NCBI GenBank assembly: GCA_964016885.1
Contig: OZ024741.1
Coordinates: 302,064,001 to 302,128,000, forward strand
DNA: 64,000 nucleotides
Direction: 5' to 3'
From: Eledone cirrhosa
Taxonomy: Eukaryota
Below the pieces are notes generated by a model. It had not been told where the DNA came from. It saw only the letters and a list, made by a program, of their open reading frames with translations, and ran no database searches. The translations under genes and the position numbers were made by a program. Below are positions 54,516 to 62,326 of this stretch, in pieces (position 1 is the stretch's first letter; each line of letters begins with the position of its first letter).

Positions 54516-55605
54516 CTTATGATTTTAAGGTGCATGGGGAGAATATGAAACTTGAAAATATGAGTATGTGAGTGTCCCAAATGCAGAAAATGGAAAAAAA
54601 ATTAATTTCAAGTCAGTTGCAGTGGAATAGAATCAGTGATCAGGTCACAGATATTACGACACAAAATAGAAAATAACCGATATATATATATTAAGTTAGA
54701 CATGGCCTAGGCCAATACTCGCCAAAAGTTATCAAAGTTATAAAGTTAACAGTTTTTGTATATTTTTAAATAGATGTTCGATGCACAACATAGAGTTACG
54801 ACCCTTACAGTCTGAGTGCAAATTCCACCAATGTTAGTTTTGCCTTTCATCCTTACAGGGTCGATAAAATAAAGCACCAATAATACACTTGGGTTGATTT
54901 AATCGACTTTCCCCTCCCCTAAAATTGTTGGCCTTGTGCTTAAATCAGAAACCATTATTTTTATATAACAAAATGATAATAATGTATTAATCATCAACAT
55001 AGCAATACTAAATGACTATAATGTTGTGCAGAAGCAATTAGATAAGTACACAGGCATGTGTATATAATGTAATTCTCAGGGAGATTCATCATGACATAGT
55101 GTATGTCAAAGCTGACCCTTTGAATTACAGGTACAATTCAGATTTGCCAGCTGAGTGAACTGGAGCAATGTGAAATAAAGTGTCTTGCTCAAGAGCACAA
55201 TGCACTACTAGGAATCGGATTCATAACCTTATGATCACAAGCCAAATACCCAAACCACTAAGCCATGCACCTTGACATCGAAATGGATCAATATTCCACA
55301 GATATGTGCACCCGTCATGTAGTTCTCTGGAAGCTTCAGCATGACACTTTGTGACAAAGTTTAACTTTTGATTTACAGGTACAGTCCATCCAATGGGCTT
55401 CCAAATATTTTCCATCCTCCTAAATTCACTTACAACACATGGGTCAACCCGAGGCTATGGTAAATGATACTTGCTCAAGATGCCACGCAATAGGATCAAA
55501 GCCAGACCCATTCAGCCATGTTGCATCCACAACAACAACAATAATATGAGACACAGACTTACTTGTAGAAGAGGTAATCCCCAAGGTGAGGATAAATATT
55601 GTTAA
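8734..55605 (-). CDS. NAGLU: Alpha-N-acetylglucosaminidase (GH89) gene span; 21 firm coding exons plus 1 probable, about 744 aa, start codon not located
   Basis: Manually joined exons all have GT-AG sites and matching phases (2235 nt total). They encode [87 protein letters not shown] and YYPRW, all hallmark NAGLU motifs. Confidence 0.96.
11700..11957 (+). mobile_element. SINE 3' portion with an RTE-type tail (ccatgctagcatgg...tgatgatgat) and an internal ~42-bp tandem repeat; family is abundant in this window
   Basis: Motif ggttggc.ttaggaagggcatccagc.gtagaaa recurs at 12710-12880, 27965-28170 and 42240-42480, and reverse-complemented at 10575-10830, 16690-16970, 20550-20860, 29910-30100, 51045-51500 and 52690-52985. 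Confidence 0.75.
12240..12690 (+). mobile_element. Two tandem tRNA-derived SINE copies (family 2)
   Basis: A box tggcttagtgg, B-box-like gagttcaatact, then ccttgagcaagacacttt...ttgctccagt. Other copies at 2400-2490 and, reverse-complemented, at 17070-17290, 47790-48040, 49500-49730 and 55060-55270. Confidence 0.8.
13068..13167 (-). CDS. NAGLU: NAGLU exon ([34 protein letters not shown])
   Basis: ctgtag|...G|gtgagt; 100 nt. Confidence 0.92.
14176..14233 (-). CDS. NAGLU: NAGLU exon ([19 protein letters not shown])
   Basis: aacag|...AAT|gtaagt; 58 nt. Confidence 0.94.
14725..15500 (-). mobile_element. Cluster of three tRNA-derived SINEs (family 1; long and short subfamilies)
   Basis: Each contains ggcacaaggcca...actggtactttattttatc...aaggatgaaaggcaaagt...gggatttgaact; Pol III A/B boxes lie on the minus strand. 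Confidence 0.88.
15599..15642 (-). CDS. NAGLU: NAGLU exon ([14 protein letters not shown])
   Basis: tttcag|...GA|gtaagt; 44 nt. Confidence 0.95.
15661..16380. repeat. Degenerate (CAT/CAC) trinucleotide array, about 720 bp
   Basis: Directly visible; source of the spurious poly-S/M/I ORFs. Confidence 0.97.
17306..17489 (-). CDS. NAGLU: NAGLU exon ([14 protein letters not shown]...FLLGRWL...[14 protein letters not shown])
   Basis: ttcag|...GAG|gtaagg; 184 nt. Confidence 0.97.
17900..18860 (-). mobile_element. Degenerate R4-like RLE retrotransposon 3' fragment
   Basis: [50 protein letters not shown], with stops. Confidence 0.8.
19012..19116 (-). CDS. NAGLU: NAGLU exon ([12 protein letters not shown]...DLGGF)
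   Basis: tttcag|...AT|gtaagt; 105 nt. Confidence 0.94.
19330..19515 (-). mobile_element. SINE family 1 copy with TSD cacataat
   Basis: Close match to the 48220 and 28451 copies; flanking direct repeat. Confidence 0.88.
21640..21722 (-). CDS. NAGLU: NAGLU exon ([28 protein letters not shown])
   Basis: ttccag|...AG|gtttgt; 83 nt. Confidence 0.93.
22966..23080. repeat. (TAG)n(TGG)n(TAG)n compound microsatellite
   Basis: Directly visible. Confidence 0.97.
23780..23865. repeat. (GAA)n microsatellite
   Basis: Directly visible. Confidence 0.97.
24810..25160 (+). mobile_element. RTE-like LINE 3' fragment (same family as 2735-2990, 31540-31900 and 39225-40100)
   Basis: [17 protein letters not shown]...KRPRSRP..RWLDNI; reverse-complement similarity to the other copies. 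Confidence 0.75.
25345..25437 (-). CDS. NAGLU: NAGLU exon ([31 protein letters not shown])
   Basis: ttaaag|...GTT|gtaagt; 93 nt; S.YNC...RP motif. Confidence 0.88.
25790..27890 (-). mobile_element. Degenerate hAT-superfamily (hATm-like) DNA transposon
   Basis: [24 protein letters not shown] (CxxH), [19 protein letters not shown] across broken frames; TAGAGTGTTCC terminus-like sequence at 25790. The subfamily name is recalled, not searched. Confidence 0.7.
28451..28640 (-). mobile_element. SINE family 1 copy with ~17-bp TSD tttaatattgaaataat
   Basis: Direct repeat on both flanks; near-identical to the 48220 copy. Confidence 0.9.
29203..29385. mobile_element. Small AT-rich foldback/MITE with ~55-bp imperfect TIRs
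   Basis: aaatagaagttttg...tataatagtctaataa mirrors ttattagactatattata...caaaacttctattt. Confidence 0.6.
30561..31296 (-). mobile_element. Non-autonomous Helitron with both ends intact
   Basis: 5' TC(tgtatatatataaaa..gtgtgtctgt); 3' hairpin tacccaggcaacgctgggta followed by CTAG; inserted between A and T without a TSD. Confidence 0.88.
32240..32312 (-). CDS. NAGLU: NAGLU exon ([24 protein letters not shown])
   Basis: ttgcag|...CGG|gtgagt; 73 nt; RRYG...W.LL motif. Confidence 0.94.
32990..33250 (+). mobile_element. CRE-like RLE 3' fragment
   Basis: [31 protein letters not shown]. Confidence 0.8.
33754..33902 (-). CDS. NAGLU: NAGLU exon with the catalytic nucleophile Glu (GPTNAR...[19 protein letters not shown]...ISQW)
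   Basis: tttag|...TG|gtaagt; 149 nt. Confidence 0.96.
34041..34343. mobile_element. MITE, same family as 8118-8450
   Basis: tactctctggtcccaaataa ... ttccagacctgagagta; shared internal sequence. Confidence 0.75.
34545..35145 (-). mobile_element. CR1/L2-group LINE ORF2 3' fragment
   Basis: [44 protein letters not shown]. Confidence 0.88.
35386..35580. repeat. Minisatellite of alternating ~31/34-bp units (about 6 copies)
   Basis: catac.ata.ctatgttt.actac.at.taa repeated. Confidence 0.9.
35626..35775 (-). CDS. NAGLU: NAGLU exon ([12 protein letters not shown]...[16 protein letters not shown]...VNV)
   Basis: ttatag|...GTG|gtaagt; 150 nt. Confidence 0.97.
36825..37335 (+). mobile_element. RTE (BovB-like) LINE 3' fragment with degenerate C2H2 finger-like motifs
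   Basis: [30 protein letters not shown]; [11 protein letters not shown] and CQLCARHL.S-type remnants. Confidence 0.7.
37560..38150 (-). mobile_element. R4/Dong-like RLE 3' fragment flanked by (TAA)n arrays
   Basis: [49 protein letters not shown]; (TAT)n at 37411-37457 and 38205-38255. Confidence 0.88.
38828..38909 (-). CDS. NAGLU: NAGLU exon ([27 protein letters not shown])
   Basis: ttttag|...AGG|gtttgt; 82 nt. Confidence 0.95.
39225..40100 (-). mobile_element. RTE-like LINE fragment
   Basis: [30 protein letters not shown]. Confidence 0.82.
40556..40630 (-). CDS. NAGLU: NAGLU exon ([25 protein letters not shown])
   Basis: ttttag|...TG|gtaaga; 75 nt. Confidence 0.95.
40676..41111. mobile_element. 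Two adjacent TTAA-bounded MITE copies (piggyBac-like ends ttaacc.ttt / aaagggttaa)
   Basis: Ends are visible; related pieces at 11108-11334, 19908-20175, 30440-31520, 43790-44045 and 45745-45878. Confidence 0.55.
41484..41554 (-). CDS. NAGLU: NAGLU exon with the catalytic acid/base Glu ([23 protein letters not shown])
   Basis: ttgtag|...AG|gtttga; 71 nt; FGTDH.Y...TFNEM motif. Confidence 0.95.
43420..43483 (-). CDS. NAGLU: NAGLU exon ([21 protein letters not shown])
   Basis: ttccag|...GAG|gtaaat; 64 nt; DP.F..IG motif. Confidence 0.93.
44087..44152 (-). CDS. NAGLU: NAGLU exon ([22 protein letters not shown])
   Basis: ttttcag|...GG|gtaaga; 66 nt. Confidence 0.93.
44718..44879 (-). CDS. NAGLU: NAGLU exon ([17 protein letters not shown]...[11 protein letters not shown])
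   Basis: ttcag|...AA|gtaagt; 162 nt. Confidence 0.97.
46040..46110 (-). CDS. NAGLU: NAGLU exon ([24 protein letters not shown])
   Basis: ttcag|...TG|gtgagt; 71 nt. Confidence 0.96.
46845..46992 (-). CDS. NAGLU: NAGLU exon ([16 protein letters not shown]...GQEAIFQR)
   Basis: ttcag|...AGA|gtaaga; 148 nt; highly conserved motif. Confidence 0.97.
48220..48407 (-). mobile_element. Young SINE family 1 copy with TSD gattaat
   Basis: The reverse complement begins ggcggtggattggcagtatcggtagag (A box) and contains gagttcaaatccc (B box). Confidence 0.9.
48984..49174 (-). CDS. NAGLU: NAGLU exon ([43 protein letters not shown]...NDR)
   Basis: ttttag|...AG|gtatgt; [13 protein letters not shown] motif; 191 nt. 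Confidence 0.95.
50592..50749 (-). CDS. NAGLU: NAGLU exon ([10 protein letters not shown]...[36 protein letters not shown])
   Basis: acag|GG...ACT|gtaatt; resembles the NAGLU N-terminal domain; 158 nt. Confidence 0.88.
51764..52685 (-). mobile_element. Internally deleted Tc1/mariner element (maT/DD37D-like) with TIRs and TA TSD
   Basis: TIRs cagggtccggacgatattgttcgcaa / ttgcgaacaaatatcgtccacaccctg; minus-strand transposase pieces (HTH region, [10 protein letters not shown]). Confidence 0.88.
53050..54480 (-). mobile_element. RTE-clade LINE fragment (RT plus embedded Cys/His finger)
   Basis: [54 protein letters not shown]. Short 3' pieces of the same type at 14300-14720, 42500-42850, 44200-44340 and 50870-51020. 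Confidence 0.9.
54790..54960 (+). mobile_element. SINE family 1 copy (long subfamily), opposite orientation to most copies
   Basis: tttgcctttcatccttacagggtcgataaaataaagcacc...ggccttgtgc. Confidence 0.85.
55563..55605 (-). CDS. NAGLU: Probable NAGLU signal-peptide exon ([14 protein letters not shown])
   Basis: Acceptor (ttc)n-tttcag, donor A|GTAAGT; 43 nt ending in phase 1, which matches the next exon; hydrophobic peptide. No in-frame ATG. Confidence 0.5.
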
Positions 55606-55974
55606 CTGAAAGAAGAAGAAGAAGAAGATATAGCAGACATAGAGAAAGCAAAATAAATACCAAACATTCTAAAACTAGATACAGATACCACATTTAGAAA
55701 TACGAGATTTATACTAGTATACAAACAATATATTTATAGATTATGCCTCATATCTTGGTTCACATGAATAAAATGGCAATAAACTAGAAAGTCCACAAAA
55801 CAGCACATTTCACACCATGACAAATTGAACATAGATCATGTAGACAATACTAAAAATGTGACATCATTTGAATATTAACAGTGGGTACAGATTGTTAATT
55901 TTAAGACAACAACAAATAAATTAATAATTGTTTCTACTTTTGGCACAAGGCCAGAAATTAATAATAATAATAAT

Positions 55975-56150
55975 TGTTTCTAATTTAGGCACAAAGCCAA
56001 CAATTTGAAGGGAAGGGGAAAGTCGATTAAATCGACCCCAGTACATTACTGGTGCTTTATTTTATCAACTGCATAAGGATGAAGGGCAAAGCTAACCTCA
56101 GTAGGATTTGAAGTCAGAACACAAAAGGTCGTAACTCTGTGCTGCAAAGC
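55975..56150 (-). mobile_element. SINE family 1 copy (long subfamily)
   Basis: Same motifs as the 15090-15297 copy. Confidence 0.85.
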
Positions 56151-56504
56151 GCTGATTACACCCAGTACACTGAAGAGCATTCCAAAAGGGTCAAGGGGTC
56201 TCTTCAGTTGTGTAATGGCACGACAACCTCTCTAGTGTTGGTCTACACAATAAACACATCCAGTACACTCTGTAAAGTGGCTGGTGAAATCTGTGGTTGA
56301 GACTCATGGAAGATGCAGACCCGAGAAGACATGAGATGAGATAGTGAAAATCAACTATAAGAAGCTGAACCTCAAAACGGAAATGACAAACGACCATAAT
56401 TATAATTTCAAAGTTAATTTTCAGAATAATTAGTATGGTGTGAGGGGTAATTAGTGGGATAATTTATAGCATAATTATGATTATAATAATTTCAGTATGT
56501 ATGA

Positions 56505-56574
<70 letters not shown>

Positions 56575-56759
56575 TTATCATCATCATCATCGTTTAACAT
56601 CTATCTTCCACACTAGCATGGGTTAGACGGGTTTGTCCCACTTGAGGCAAGTTTGGTCAGGTAACCGTGTCTCGCATGTGTGCCTCTGTGTGTGTGTGTG
56701 TGCTTATACATGTACATAAACAATGTTTAAAAATGATAGTTGTATGCTCTCTCTGTATA

Positions 56760-57200
56760 TACAGTGTTGTATATAATTCAGAGACCACCCCAATAATCTT
56801 ATTAGGTTAGGTTAATATTGAACAAGGTACAATATTAGATAACAATAGTATATTATTACAAACATACAACACAAAGCATTATGCTAGAAACTGTCTATTC
56901 CAAATCAGTACGTTTGATGACCATTAGCAGCAATTACTGCAAGGCATTGATTCCACCAAGGAGACACAATATTCAGGAGTAATGTGTTATGTCCATACAG
57001 TAAGAAGTTTTTGTTGTAAATCAGTAATTGAGCAAGAATTTAGCTTGGCTACTTTGTCTTTCATCAATTTCCCACAGTTTTCAATTGGGTTTAAGTCAGG
57101 ACTTGAAACTGGCCAAAGTACCACCACTTCAATATCAGATTCTTGAAAGAATTGGTTAATGGTTTTTTCCCTATGGCAGGAGCACCATCTTCTTGATATA
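56760..57200 (-). mobile_element. Tc1-like transposase 3' fragment with one TIR (ta|cagtgttgtatataattcagagacc)
   Basis: WPVSSPDLNPIENCG motif in ORF 56987-57331. Confidence 0.8.
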
Positions 57201-57265
57201 TCTTGCAACCATGCCTCTCCATCCCTAATGGGACATTTTCTCATATGATTTCCAAATACATGTGA

Positions 57266-60200
57266 TTTCCAGCACCTGATTGCGTTCTCTATGCCCACAC
57301 TAGCCGGTACTTTAAGACAATTAAATGTCACCTATGCCACGCAAGCTACCACAGAAGCTGTGCCGGCATCACCAAAGCTCAAGCCGAAAGGCTTCAATAC
57401 TGGACCTGTAATCGGTGCCACTTCAGCTCTGACATTTTCTGTGGGGATGTCCCATGCTTCGATGACCAACTCTCTACCGAGGACTTTGTCACAGCCCTCC
57501 AGGGTTTCTCCAAATCTAAGCTCGTTAACCGGATCCCTAAGCGAGCTCGGAATAGCTTTGCACGTGCCCTTTCTAATTTATTGAGAAACGTTTGCTCGTC
57601 CAATAATAGGTCTGACTGGCAGAAATTGTTTTTGTTACCCCTCAACTCTCTTCACATGCACAATGCGAATTCGGGTTCCCTCACGTCCTCTCTCAAGCGG
57701 CAGTTCCAGCTATTTGAGTCCACCCCAACCACATCTCATCTCAGTTCGACATCGAGCTCGGTGTCCACCAACAGACAACCGGTAGACCTCCAGCGAGCAG
57801 TCAATGCCAAATTCAGCAAATATGACATTAAAGGGTCCGTCTCCTCTCTTCTCTGTCCTCCATGCAATTCTGATTCTCTTGAGTGACTGAAAGAGAAGCA
57901 CACATTGGCACCCCCAGATAATCAGCTACACTGGCCCGAACCACCAGAATACTCGAGACCAATTTACACCACCGATATCATCCTTCCCCGCTGGGTCAGG
58001 CACGGAAATTGACAGCCTTCGTCCTCAAGGATGGTATCTCCTTATCAGCCGGTGACGCTGGACTCAAGCTCTTGGAGAGTCTGACTCAGTTTGTGAATCA
58101 GTTCTCTTCAGTGAACGTTCTCCCGTTCATCCGCCCACTGTTCTTCGGTGCGAAGCTATTTGGTCTCACCAAGGCCAACGGAGTCCTGCACCCCATTGTG
58201 ATTGGCTGCACCCTTCGCCGCCTCACTGCAAAGGCATGTTTGCTGTTGGTCTCCAACTCACTGGCGGAAGAATTCTCCACCATCCAGCTGGGGGTGGGTA
58301 CCAAGTTGGGATGTGAGGCTGCTGTCCATGCTACCAGAGCATTTACCAACTTGCCCTCCTCGTCCCCCAAGCTCATCCTCAAACTTGACCTCAGGAATGC
58401 TTTCAACTCCAGCAGTCGCGACGTCGTCCTCGGCTCAGTAAGAGAGAGGGTCCCACAACTCTACCACTTTGCTTGGCAGGCTTATCAGGAGCCCTCCTAC
58501 CTCTCTTTCGGTAACCAAATCATCACCTTTGCCTCAGGAGTCCAACAGGGTGACCCAGTCGAGCCTGCTCTGTTTGCACTGGGCATTGATGACGTCACCA
58601 AGATGGGGGTTGAGTTGGACCTCAATGTCTGGTACCTCGACGACACATGTTTGGGGGGAACTCCGGATATAGTTCTCACCACTGCCAACAAGATGGTTGA
58701 GGAGCTTGGCCGCCGGGATCTCCAGTTCAATAGCTCCAAATGTGAGCTCTGGATCCTCAACCACCGGGCTTCTCAACAGCTAATCGACCTGTTTGCAGAG
58801 TCCTTCCCTTCCATCGCGGTCCCTCCCCTGTCGGCTTGGTGCTCCTTAGGAACCTCAATCACAGACCTTGCCTTCAAGTCAATCTTCCAATCGAAGATGG
58901 TTGACCTTGAGGTTATCGAACCCCATCAAGGTTTCTTCATACTCAGGAACTACCTATCTATTCCTAAGCTTTTGTATCTGCTCAGGGTCAGCTCCTCTCA
59001 CAGATTTCCGCCCTGCCTCCAATGCTTCGATAACCTAATCTTCGAGAGACTCGAGTGCCTGGTCAGTGTTAGACTCTCGCCAGAGTCCCGCGATCAGGCT
59101 GCGTTGCCCAAGCGATTTGGGGGTATTGGTTTCGTAAGTGTTTTTCCCTCTCTCTCCTCTGCTTCCTTTCCTCCACCTATGCTTGCCCCACCCTGGTGAG
59201 CAACATCCTCTCCTCTCCAGCATGGACTAGTTCCAACAGGGAGTTGGGTGAAGCTCTCCAGCAATGGAGTGAGTTGGGATTGTCTCTTCCTGAGCAGGTG
59301 GAGGACAGTCGAAGTCAGAGAACTTGGGACAGCATAAGTTCGAAGGCCACCTTCGACTCCCTCTTTGTCCAGTCAGATCAGTTTGCAAGATGCCGCTTAC
59401 TATCTGCCAGCGCCAAATACTCAGGCAACTGGGTTGATGCCCTACCTGTGGCAAACGTCGGTGGCCTATTCTGCCTGGACGAACTTCATGTCTCCATCGC
59501 CCTCAGAGTGGGAGCTGACATCTGCATGGGTTTAAGGTGCTGATGCGGCAAACCCCTCGACTCTACAGGCCTCCACGGTTTTTCTTGCCACCTGAATGCC
59601 GGCCGCTTCACACGTCACACGGAGCTAAACCTCATCCTCAAGAGAGCTTTTGGCCCAGGCGAACATCCCCTCAGTCTTGGAACCATCTGGGTTGTCCAGA
59701 AGTGACAGCAAAACACCTGACAGCCTTACCCTGTGTCCCTGGTCGAGAGGCAGGTGCCTTGTCTGGGACGTCACTGTTAGTGACTCTTTTGCTCTCTCCC
59801 ACATCCTGGATGCTGCGGTTAGGATGAGAGCCACAGCTTCTGCAGCCGAGCGAAGTAAGATCCTCAAATACTCTGATCTGTCGGCCAGCTACCTTTTTCA
59901 GCTTGTGACTTTCAAGACGTTTGGGGGCGTCGAGCCGCTGACTGCGAGATTCCTCTCTTCTCTGGCAGCTCGCCTAATAGAGGTAACTGGCGAATCTCAC
60001 GAAGGTGCTTGGCTGTTCCAGCGCATTAGCCTCGCCATCACCCGAGGCAACGCTGCAAGTGTACTGGCTTGCTTCAAAAGTCATTAGAGAGGTTGCCCAG
60101 TACTCCTCGCTGCTGTCTTTTGCTCTGGTGTTGTCTCGGTTGTTCACCCCTTTACATTTTCTTTACTGTTTTAAACGAGGATTTGTTTGTTTGTTTTTTT

Positions 60201-60395
60201 TAGTACTGTTTGGTATTCCTTCTTAAGTTTCCACAGTTATTTTTCCTATCTTCTTTTATTTAAACATTGCCTTTCTCCCTTCCCTTCCCCAAACTTTTAC
60301 CTTACTTTCGTTATTTAATTTGTTTACCTCTTTCTTTTTCTTTTTTTTATTGCAAACATTATATAACCGAATTGAAATTTGTCGAATAAATAAAA
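57266..60395 (+). mobile_element. Near full-length degenerate CRE-clade non-LTR retrotransposon (PHD finger, RT, Zn knuckle, RLE)
   Basis: RIPKRAR..FA..L, K..GVLHPIVIG.TLRRL.AK, QLGVG..GCEAAVH, LDLRNAFNS, GVQQGDP, WYLDD, LPKRFGGIG, EPSGLSRSDSKTPDSLTL.PW..G..LVWDVTV, FQRISLAITRGNA; T-rich 3' UTR ending near AATAAA at ~60385. Confidence 0.92.
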
Positions 60396-60497
60396 GTATT
60401 ATTTTCATGAGCTAACTAAGTTTATTTTAAATTAAATTTCAACTAATAGCAACGCTTATCGCGAACAAATGAACAAGCAATCTTTTTTATTATCATA

Positions 60498-60753
60498 CTA
60501 GCAGAATGGCCCAGCGTTGCTCGGGATTCTAAACATAGATTGGCATGTTTATCCCTCCTTTCTAAAACAGTACAGAGAAGTACGGAATACCTCGGCCATG
60601 GGATGGTGTCAACATTTTGTGCTTATAAAAAAAATTTGTCATAGATTACCAGGATTTTTTTCCGTGCGAAGAAAATCAATAATTTATCGCGAAATAAATA
60701 CTTTTGTTTATATTTTGTTATTGTGTATGCAAAAATATCTGTACACGAATATA

Positions 60754-60755
<2 letters not shown>
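60498..60755 (-). mobile_element. Helitron 3' terminus (hairpin plus CTAG)
   Basis: Reverse complement reads cccgagcaacgctggg-ccattctg-CTAG|T, the same layout as the 30561 end. The inner boundary is uncertain. Confidence 0.7.
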
Positions 60756-60816
<61 letters not shown>

Positions 60817-60821
60817 ATATA

Positions 60822-62326
60822 AAAATATCTACATCTTCAGACCTGTTCGACGTCTCCATGGGATCGTTTGACACTGCTGACGTATGTGACTTGGTTGGCC
60901 TTTTTATCTTAGACATATTACGTGTTAGATTCCCGGACTTCCACACGGGAATATACCATGACGATGGACTGACTTTATCGAGCCATAAAAGTGGTCACGA
61001 CCTCGACCGGTTTAAAAAAGACTTTACCTTCAATGAGTTAGGTCTTAGGATAACAGTAGCCACCAACCTCCCTAGTGTAGATTTCTTAGACATGAATTTG
61101 GACCTTCGCACACACACAGACAGACCCTTCCATAAGCTAAACGAGAAACTTAATTACATTCACAAGGACTCATGCCACCCTCCCACTGTTTTTAGAAACT
61201 TTGTTAAGCATATCAGTACTAGAATCTCAAACCTCTCCTCTAATAAGGCTATCTTTGACAGGGCGGCACCCTACTATAACACGGCGTTGGCTAACAGTGG
61301 CTTCTCACAACCTATCACTTACTCTCCCACTAGCAACAACACCATTAAGAAAAGTAAGCGCAACAATAGACAAACTATCTGGTTCTCTCCTCCCTTCTCA
61401 CTAAACATTAAAACCAATGTAGGAAAAAAATGTTTAGCCCTCTTAGATAGACACTTCCCCATAGGTCATAAATACCGCTCCAACTTTAACCGACACAAAG
61501 TTAAACTAGGATACTCCTGCGCTAAGAACATGAAGGCCCACATCACCAGCAGCTCTAGGAGCAACACCCCACCAGAGTGCTCTTGCCATAAGCCTGAAGC
61601 TTGCCCCCTTCAACAGCAATGCAACACACCAGTTGTAATCTATGAAGCTGTGGTCACTTCCAACCGACCAAACGAACCACAGGAGGTCAAATCCTATGTG
61701 GGTATGGCGGAGGGCCGATTCAAGGAACGTTTCTTGAACCACCAGTCTACCTTCAGATACCCGGACAGACGTTCATCCACGAAACTCGCGAGCCACGTAT
61801 AGTCCCTCGAGGACTCAAGTATAGGCTACTCCATTCAATGGAAAGCCATCACTAAGTCCAAGCCATACGCAAGGGGAAATCCGACATGTGGCTTATGTAT
61901 TGTTGAACGAATAACTATTCTAAAGAGATTACGCAATAGTGATTGCCTAAACACGAGGAGTGAATTTTTCACACGTTGTCCACACGTCGCCAAACACCTA
62001 TTGCATAACTACAAGGCCCCGGACTGATTCTTTGTAATTTTATTTTCAACCTAAAAAATTTTCGGACTTTCGCAGTTATCTCCCTTACACCTCTCGCACG
62101 CAGTCTAGTATTGCCTGTGTGAAGTGACCGGATTTCTGCGCTTGTGCGTTCGTACGGTTGTCCTTCCTGTTCCTATAACCATGCCCATTCCGAGCTGAAG
62201 ATCCGCTAAGGTGAAACAATTGTTCTCGGTATGGTGAACTAACTGTTGTGTAACCACTTCTACCTAACTCGTCTCTTGGACTGAGTACTCTACCACTACG
62301 GATATTACCTTCCAGTGTTCCACCAC
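60822..62326 (+). mobile_element. 5'-truncated Penelope-like element (RT C-terminus plus GIY-YIG endonuclease) inserted in (TA)n
   Basis: MGSFD..DVCDLVGL, GIYHDDGL, VDFLDM.LDL, CSC....CPL...C, VIYEA...YVGMAEGRFKERF.NH; past TAG 61800 the frame continues W...CGLC..E...LNTRSE...CPH to TGA at ~62027; (TA)n on both flanks. Confidence 0.92.
62185..62234 (+). ncRNA. Type I minimal hammerhead ribozyme in the Penelope 3' region (pLTR)
   Basis: Stem I ccattccgag/ctcggtatgg (9 of 10 pairs), core CUGAAGA, stem II CC-gcuaa-GG, GAAA, palindromic stem III CAAUUG, triplet GUU. Confidence 0.8.
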
